A stretch of DNA of 64,000 nucleotides, from assembly GCA_963827515.1 (NCBI GenBank), contig CAWHBF010000021.1:290067-354066 (forward strand). Reading direction: 5' to 3'. The stretch comes from an uncultured Acidobacteriota bacterium (GTDB lineage: Bacteria; Acidobacteriota; Vicinamibacteria; Vicinamibacterales; UBA2999). Below are positions 57,897 to 64,000 of this stretch, one piece after another (the first letter of the stretch is position 1; each line of letters opens with the position of its first letter). Under the pieces are notes generated by a model. That model was not told the origin of the DNA and did not search any database. It saw nothing but the letters and a program-made list of their open reading frames with translations. The position numbers were made by a program, and so were the translations under genes.

Positions 57897-58403
57897 TTAT
57901 CGCTGTTTGAGGATCGCGCGTACGTCCTTGAGCAGGACGAACAGGTGATACGCGTCAGTGGGAGCCGGCGTGAAACCAAACCGTTCGTAGAACGCCCGCG
58001 CGTCGTCGTCCTTCGCGTGCACCGCCATTGCCCGGATGCCGGCGATGTCGGCGGCTTGCAGCGTCCGCAGCATGGCGTCTTTGAGCAGTCCGGACCCGAG
58101 TCCTTTGCCCTGCCAATTGGTGGCCACGGCCAGACGCGCGAGAAGCATCAGTGGAATCGGATGCTTGGCCAGTCCCTTTGCCAGACGCTGGGGCGCGTCG
58201 TCGTACTCGACCTGCGCCACGACGAGCGTGTAGAACCCGACGACTTGGTCGTCCACTACGGCTACATACGTCTGCGAGGCCTCTGCTTGCTGATTCTGAA
58301 ACGCGTAGCGCGCCAGGAAACGGTTGAGCGCCTCCTGCCCGCAATCAAAGGAATCGACGGGGTGCTCGCGGCGCAGCTTTTCAATCCGCGGGCCGTTGTT
58401 CAC
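57897..58403 (-). CDS. GNAT-family acetyltransferase toxin (TacT/KacT-like)
   Basis: ...IEKLRREHPVDSFDCGQEALNRFLARYA...LARLAVATNWQGKGLGSGLLKDA...FYERFGF. GTG 58403 overlaps the antitoxin stop (GTGA). Confidence 0.85.
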   Translation of the reverse strand: MNNGPRIEKLRREHPVDSFDCGQEALNRFLARYAFQNQQAEASQTYVAVVDDQVVGFYTLVVAQVEYDDAPQRLAKGLAKHPIPLMLLARLAVATNWQGKGLGSGLLKDAMLRTLQAADIAGIRAMAVHAKDDDARAFYERFGFTPAPTDAYHLFVLLKDVRAILKQR

Positions 58404-58684
58404 CTGCGCCGACGCTCGAATACGCTCGGCTTCTGCAGGAGCTTTTTCAAACGAGGGTTGGGACGCGCGGGTGCGTCGAGCGCGGCCTGGAAGGCCGCCC
58501 AACGCTCGGCGTCGAGGCCGAAGCGCTGTCGGTCGGGCAGGGTCTCTTCGGCGCGTGCAAGCGCGCTCTCGAGGACGAACTCGCTGACCGAACGCTTCGT
58601 GGCCATAGCGGCGGACTGCAGCACTCGCTTCGCCGAGGGCGTCAGCCGCAGGTCGAGCTTCTCGGTGCGGGTCAGGGTGGGCAT
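58400..58684 (-). CDS. DUF1778/RHH antitoxin (TacA-like)
   Basis: MPTLTRTEKLDLRLTPSAKRVLQSAAMATKRSVSEFVLESALARAEETL is typical of DUF1778. 94 aa. Confidence 0.85.
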   Translation of the reverse strand: MPTLTRTEKLDLRLTPSAKRVLQSAAMATKRSVSEFVLESALARAEETLPDRQRFGLDAERWAAFQAALDAPARPNPRLKKLLQKPSVFERRRR

Positions 58685-59568
58685 CTGCTGTTCCTCGTGT
58701 TTAGAATAGCAGGACTGCCTGACATTGTCATGACACGTTCGCTCGCCCAGCTGGCCAGACCGCAACGGCATTCGGATTCCGACCGGTTCTTGTGTACCTG
58801 ATTTGTACCTCGACCTGGCGATTTGAGCGATTCTGGCGAAGCCGGCACAACGCGGGCCGATTGCGTGAGGAAGATGCCGACGATCATCAGCCCGCTGGCA
58901 AACAATTGCGCGAGCGTCAGAGGACCCACGACGGGATCGTTCACGCGGATGAATTCGATCGTGAAACGAATCAGTCCTGCCATGGCGAGGTAGCGGCCAA
59001 ACACGATCCGATCCGCGACTCCTGAGGCGCGCCAGTGCAACAGAGCCCAACCGAGCCCAGCCAGCGCTGCCGCTTCGTACAATTGGGTCGGATGTACCGG
59101 AACCGCTGTCGGCGGACGTCCGTCCGGGAACGCCACGGCCCATGGAAGACTACTGGGACGGCCGTAGTCATCACCAACGAGAAAGCACCCAATCCGCCCC
59201 AAGAGGTGTCCGGCCGCGAACGCGGGCGTGGCCGCAGCCAGGACGCGGAGCACCGGCGCGCGCCTTCGCAGGGCCAGGATGCCCATGGCGAGGCCTCCAA
59301 ACAACCCTCCATACCAACTGAATCCGCCGCGAGCAAAAAAGAGCGATGAGAAATTCGTCCCACGCCAGAACTCGAGACTCCACGCGAGCTTGGCGCCCAA
59401 CAATCCGCCCATCAAGCCCCAAATAGCCGCATCCGCGATCGTCGACGGCAGTCCCGAGCGCCGCAGCTCGCGGCGAAATAGCCAGAGGCCTACAACAAAC
59501 GCGACGCCGATCATCACGCCGAAGCTCGTGATTTCGAAATCTCCGAAGCGTACGAGAACTGGATACAT
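58672..59568 (-). CDS. lgt: prolipoprotein diacylglyceryl transferase with ~55-aa non-conserved C-terminal tail
   Basis: MYPVLVRFGDFEITSFGVMIGVAFVVGLWL...FSWYGGLFGG...GRIGCFLVGDDYGRPS...HPTQLYEA. The conserved part ends near ...MIVGIFLTQSAR (~58840). The tail overlaps the tacA promoter and start. Confidence 0.85.
   Translation of the reverse strand: MYPVLVRFGDFEITSFGVMIGVAFVVGLWLFRRELRRSGLPSTIADAAIWGLMGGLLGAKLAWSLEFWRGTNFSSLFFARGGFSWYGGLFGGLAMGILALRRRAPVLRVLAAATPAFAAGHLLGRIGCFLVGDDYGRPSSLPWAVAFPDGRPPTAVPVHPTQLYEAAALAGLGWALLHWRASGVADRIVFGRYLAMAGLIRFTIEFIRVNDPVVGPLTLAQLFASGLMIVGIFLTQSARVVPASPESLKSPGRGTNQVHKNRSESECRCGLASWASERVMTMSGSPAILNTRNSRCPP
58703..58735 (-). promoter_or_regulatory. candidate promoter (ATGACA-17 nt-TATTCT) with a perfect 10-nt palindrome TGTCATGACA over the -35
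   Basis: Minus strand reads tgtcATGACAatgtcaggcagtcctgcTATTCTaaacacGAGGAAcagcagATG. The palindrome at 58726-58735 is a plausible TacA operator. Confidence 0.45.
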
Positions 59569-59600
59569 GCAAATCACTCAGCCTCACGACACGATGTCCT

Positions 59601-60571
59601 TTACATGCCTCTCACCGAGGAACGTGGGGATGTCTTCAGTCTCCACGTCAGCCAAACCAGACCCGCGGCGCCCAGCACGAGCGCGGCGGCTAACCCTAGT
59701 TCGTTCGCAGCCTTCGGCAACGAGGCGGAGCCGTTGACGACTCGGAACGTCCATTCCGACACCAGCATGTAGTTGCCGCTGATCAGCAGAACGCCAAAGC
59801 CCGCCATGAGGATCGCGCTGATCGAGTCCCATCCACGGAACGGCGGTCTCGAGTTTCAACAGCAGCGGCAGCGCCCGGCCATCGCCACGGCCGCAATGAC
59901 CAGCGGAATGCCCATGCCCAGCGAGAAGAGAAACAGCACCAGCGGCGCCGTAGAGCGCCGACTGGGCAAGCCCGATGTAGACGACCATGCCGACGACGAG
60001 CGCGGAGCCGAAACAGGTCATGCACCCGGTGGCGAACGCCAGCCCGGCGAGCATCATCTCCAGGCGGGTGGCCGGCTTGTCCGAATGCGCCATGCCGGAG
60101 AGGCACGGGCATCCGGCACACCAGCGGCGCCCTCGCCTTCGCAGCGACGCGCAGCGCGAGTCCGATGACGATGACGCCGGCCGCCATGCCGAAGTACCGC
60201 TGCCACACCTCGAACTGGGCCGTGTCGCCCAGCCGCTGCGCCGCGAACCCGATGAGCGCGCCGGTCGCCGTGTAGAGCAGCGTGAACCCAAGGATGAAGA
60301 AGAACGCCGCCGCGAGCACCTGCCGGCGGCGCGCCCGCTTCGACGCGCCCGCGTCCTGCATCGCGACGCCTGCGAGGGCGGGGATGAAGTACACCGTCAA
60401 CTGGAACAGACACGGCCACATCGCGGCGAGCATCCCGCCGAGCAGCGCCAGTATCAGTCCCCACTGCTCGCCAAGGCCGATCGGCCCGCCGGCTGCGCTC
60501 GCGATATCGGGCATGACGAGCGGCAGGTGCCAGGTGGCCTCCTGTCCGGACGCCAGTCGCAGCGTCATCAT
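59601..60571 (-). pseudogene. ccdA: cytochrome c biogenesis protein CcdA (DsbD-like TM domain), at least 4 frameshifts
   Basis: Pieces lie in three frames: ...LAAMWPCLFQLTVYFIP...VIVIGLALRVAAKA / CPCLSGMAHSDKPATRLEMMLAGLAFATGCMTCFGSALVVGMVVYIGLAQSALYGA / LVLFLFSLGMGIPLVIAAVAMAG / RALPLLLKLETAVPWMGLD / SISAILMAGFGVLLISGNYMLV. Confidence 0.7.
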
Positions 60572-61541
60572 CTGATGGCCCGGTCCCGAACGTGTCGTCG
60601 CGCGCGAACCGATAGAAGGTCGCCCGATGGTGCGGCGAGTCGGTCATGACTCTTGCGGTCGACGAGCGGCACGGCGACTGCCGTTGACGTACAGGTCGGG
60701 CGGGTCGCGTCCGCAGGCAGGTTCGCCGTATGAGTGCGCTCTGTCAGCAGGAACGCGACGTGGCGATCGGGCTCCAGCGCCGCCACGGCGGCTGCTCCGC
60801 CCAGTGCCTGCGTGACGTACTCGGCGGTGGCGTACGTGGCTTCGACGTGCACGCCCGATACCCCGGGATAATCGACGGGTCCGAGATCCCTGCTGAGCGC
60901 AAGCGCCAGCGCCTGCCGCCGGCGCGGCGAGACCGGCTCGGCCGGCGCGGCGCCGCCGGCGTCGAAGACCGTCAGCTTGCCGACGTTCTCCGGATGGAGA
61001 TCGCACTGGACGAGGAACGTCCCGGTCTGCGTCGCGCGTGAAGAGCACCACGTCGACGCTGCTTCCGCCGGCGACACGTACGCGTGCACCTCGTCGCCCG
61101 TCGGCGTGATCCCCGCCGGGAGACGGCGCGCGTGCCGCGACGAACTGGCGGTCATGGTGATCGTGCTCGTCGTCGCGAGCGCTGTCCGTGCTGCGCGCTC
61201 GCCGCCCGTCGATCACCCACGCAAGATCGTCCGGAACCAGGCCCACGACCCTGTAGTGGTGTTCGTCTGGTACCGCGGTTCCGCAGCACAGCTGCACCGG
61301 CTGTCCCGCGGGAATGAAGACGGTGGACGGCTCGATCCCGGCGTCAGAGATGGCGATGTTGAGCGTCAGGTAGTCCGTCGGGCTCTCGAATCGTGCGGCG
61401 CGTGCATCCGCGCCGTGGTCGATCCCCGCGTGCGCGTGACCTTGGGCGGCCGCGGGCTCCTGCGCTGCCGCAAGGATCGCCCGTGCGGCCCAGGACTGGC
61501 AGCGCGGCAGCGACGATGCGGGCCAGCGCAATCTTCGTCAT
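60568..61541 (-). pseudogene. secreted cupredoxin-like protein, multiple frameshifts
   Basis: MTKIALARIVAAALPVLG..., then ...LTLNIAISDAGIEPSTVFIPAGQPVQL...EHHYRVVGL...HDHHD... / GDEVHAYVSP / GGSSVDVVLFT / TGTFLVQCDLHPENVGKLTVFD, alternating between two frames. ATGA overlap with the upstream gene. Confidence 0.45.
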
Positions 61542-63299
61542 GGCTGTTTGTTCAGTTCCTGCAGGTGGGCCACGACCGCCGCGATCTCGGCGTCGTTGAG
61601 CGTGATCCGGCTCATGACCGCCACGCCGGCGAGCGCGGCCCGGACCCGCATCTCGTCGGCCCCGCGGATATCGGGCGCGTTGAATTGCGCGCCTCCCCTC
61701 GCGTTCGGCCCGTGGCACGCCGCACATCCGACGCCGCCGGCGGTCTTCTCGAAGATCGTCCGGCCCAGCGCGAGCGGATTCCGCCTCGCCGCTGCGCGCG
61801 ACGCGGCTGGGCGCCGGCGCCGACGGCTGCAGCGCGGCGACCCGCTGCCGCATGTCGCCCGCACCGCGGCCTTCGGCCCGCCCATGTCGGCCAGCAGCTC
61901 GCCCTTCCAGTCGGGCGTGTAGCGGACGAAGCCGCCCGAGTGCGTGTCGCCGCCGTTCGGCGTGGGGATGTAGGCGTTGACCTTGTGCGTGTTGAGGTCC
62001 AGCACGATCGTCTCCCACCCGTTCATGTTGCTGATCCAGAGCTCGTTCACCTTCGGATCGGGGTGGAGGATGCCGTGATCGATGCTCGACGCCGACCCGC
62101 CGAGGTACATCGGCATGTTGTGAATGAAGTTGCGCGGCGACGTGAACGTCCGCGTCTCGACGACGCCGACCACCGAGCCGTTGTTGTGGGTCCCTTCGCC
62201 CTTGCCGATCGGATAGAGAAAGCGTCTCGTCCCAGTTGAGGGCCAGCCCGTACGGGCCCGCCACGCCGGCGCTGGTGCTGTCGACGACGGTGTTGGTGGT
62301 GTTGTCGATCTTGTAGACGTGGCTGCTGTGGGCGTCGTTGACGTACGTGAACCTGCCGTCGGAGGTATGCGCCATGCCGATCGGGTTGTCGCCCACGAAC
62401 GGAATGATGGTGACCGCGCCGGTCTCCAGGTTGAGCTTCGCAATCCCCGCCGTGTTGTGAAGCTGCCCGCGCCAGGGCGGCGCGAAGACGGACACATACA
62501 CGAAGCGGCCCGTCGGATCGACCGTCGGATACGGATGGCCGATCTTGTAGCCGATGTCCTCAATCGTGATGGCCCTCACGACGCGGTTGTTGTCGTTGGG
62601 ATCGAGGAGCCAGTGGGACCGCCGCCGGGATTGCGGCCGAAGGCCACCATCACGCGGTCGCGCCCCTGCCAGTCCTTGAACGCGGTAATGTGGTGGAACC
62701 AGTCGACGCGAGGGCCTTCCAGCACCTTGTCCAGCTTCAGCGTCCTTGCATTCACGATCATCAGCACGGTCCGGACCTGGCCGGTGGCGCGGACGCGGTG
62801 CATCTGGCCGAGATAGAGCCAGCGCCCGTCCGGCGAGATGCCGACGCCGTGCGGGTTCTCCGTCACCTCTTCGCCCAGATCGAACAGCGCCGACGCGATG
62901 ACCTTCTTGGCGTAGGCGTCGATCACCTGGACGCCCGACTTGAGCGGACGGCCGTTTCGACGCCTTCGCTGGTGAAGTAGACCAGCGGATGCGCCTCGAC
63001 GTCCCAGGCGTCCGGGCCGCTCGAGTCGTATGTCGCCAGCAGCTTCAACCGGCCGCGTATCGACTCCGGCGTGTCCCATCCCGTTGGCTGGGCGGCCGGA
63101 GGAGGAGGCGCAAGCTGTCCGGCCTGCACCACCAGGGTCGGCGTCATCGAGGCCAGTTGCTGCTGCAGCGCCGCTTGTCGGTCTCGAGCGTGTTGAGGGT
63201 CGATTCGGATGCGCCCTGCGCCGTGCAGCCGGCTACCATCGCTGCGGCGACCGCCGCGATCGCTGCCGAAATCCATCGCGTTCCTACAACCCGCTTCAT
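61538..63299 (-). pseudogene. lipoprotein with YVTN-type beta-propeller repeats and C-terminal c-type cytochrome domain, at least 5 frameshifts
   Basis: Lipobox start MKRVVGTRWISAAIAAVAAAMVAGC (ATG 63299 preceded by AAGGAGAGG). Propeller-like blocks (NPHGVGISPDGRWLYL, NPIGMAHTSDGRFTYVNDAHSSHVYKID, GPYGLALNWDE) and the heme motif GGVGCAACHGPN...LNDAEIAAVVAHL are spread over ORFs 62923-63276, 62576-63079, 61344-62579 and 61538-62563. Confidence 0.5.
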
Positions 63300-63405
63300 G
63301 TGCCTCTCCTTGCCTATTCGACTCGGTCTCGTTGGGAGCCGTTGACGGCCGCTCCCAACGCCTGCCACGCGAGACTCGCGCACTTCACCCGGATCGGAAA
63401 CTGCC

Positions 63406-64000
<595 letters not shown>

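Larger units (their letters stand above)
57230..58810. mobile_element. possible remnant genomic islet at the ssrA 3' end (toxin-antitoxin cargo, no integrase)
   Basis: A lower-GC spacer follows ssrA and contains a degenerate ssrA 3'-end copy (57359-57393). Cargo is two TA modules. A 13-nt inverted repeat (caaatcaggtaca at 57287-57299, reverse complement at 58793-58805) brackets the cargo. Confidence 0.3.

Noticed and set aside
57230-58810. Prophage or integrative element with integrase at the ssrA 3' end.
   Set aside because: No tyrosine or serine recombinase, phage or conjugation gene lies in the interval, only two TA modules. It is kept as a low-confidence remnant islet.

Overview
High-GC (about two-thirds G+C by eye) chromosomal segment of a diderm bacterium, shown by lipid A genes lpxB and lpxD and outer-membrane beta-barrel candidates. 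Gene content would fit an Acidobacteriota-like soil organism, but taxonomy cannot be settled from this window. All analysis is by eye, without tools; frameshift positions are good to about +/-5 nt, and start codons were refined manually where the ORF track clearly over-extends.

Content is mostly housekeeping:
- Envelope and lipid A: acnA (partial), lpxB, an M16 peptidase pair, lpxD, mltG, a lytic transglycosylase, lgt.
- DNA/RNA and translation: nfo, gatCA, xseAB, ruvX, tRNA-Val, thrS-infC-rpmI-rplT-pheST.
- Stress and metabolism: a dnaK/hsp20 heat-shock locus, ispA, tlyA, nadK, thiL, sufSU (partial).
- Signalling and division: a PP2C/Ser-Thr kinase/FHA module, an HD-GYP gene with a large HEAT-like partner, zapB-like/zapA.
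- Transport: a heterodimeric ABC exporter.
- RNA genes: tRNA-Val(GAC), tmRNA (tag ADSNYALAA), and a strong 6S RNA candidate downstream of zapA with a near-consensus promoter.

Structure not explained by ordinary gene features:
1. A family of intergenic elements built from 7-nt tandem units, (TYTGGTC)n paired with (GACCARA)n. They form long hairpins or A/C/G-rich leaders directly upstream of thrS, infC, rpmI, acnA and lpxB.
2. A second, REP-like palindrome family (consensus GTAGAGCGCACGCTTTAGCGTGCGCGGAC) with 15 or more copies, densest at 54.3-56.8 kb.
3. A small toxin-antitoxin islet next to tmRNA. It holds MNT plus a truncated HEPN, and a TacA/TacT-like RHH/GNAT pair. A degenerate copy of the tmRNA 3' end lies inside it and 13-nt inverted repeats flank it.
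4. Two adjacent pseudo-enzymes: an EnvC-like degenerate LytM protein and an S41 Ctp-like protein that lacks both dyad residues.
5. A lid-truncated DnaK in an sHSP operon with an AT-rich operator-like control region.
6. A beta-ketoacyl-ACP synthase with a compensated pair of frameshifts that overwrites catalytic residues.
7. Many simple frameshifts (xseA, pheT, both ABC genes, an OMP gene), which become extremely dense in the last 4.5 kb (ccdA, cupredoxin, propeller-cytochrome c, sufU, sufS). These are either consensus indel errors or real gene decay.

No CRISPR array, integrase, transposase or recognisable phage-defence operon was seen.
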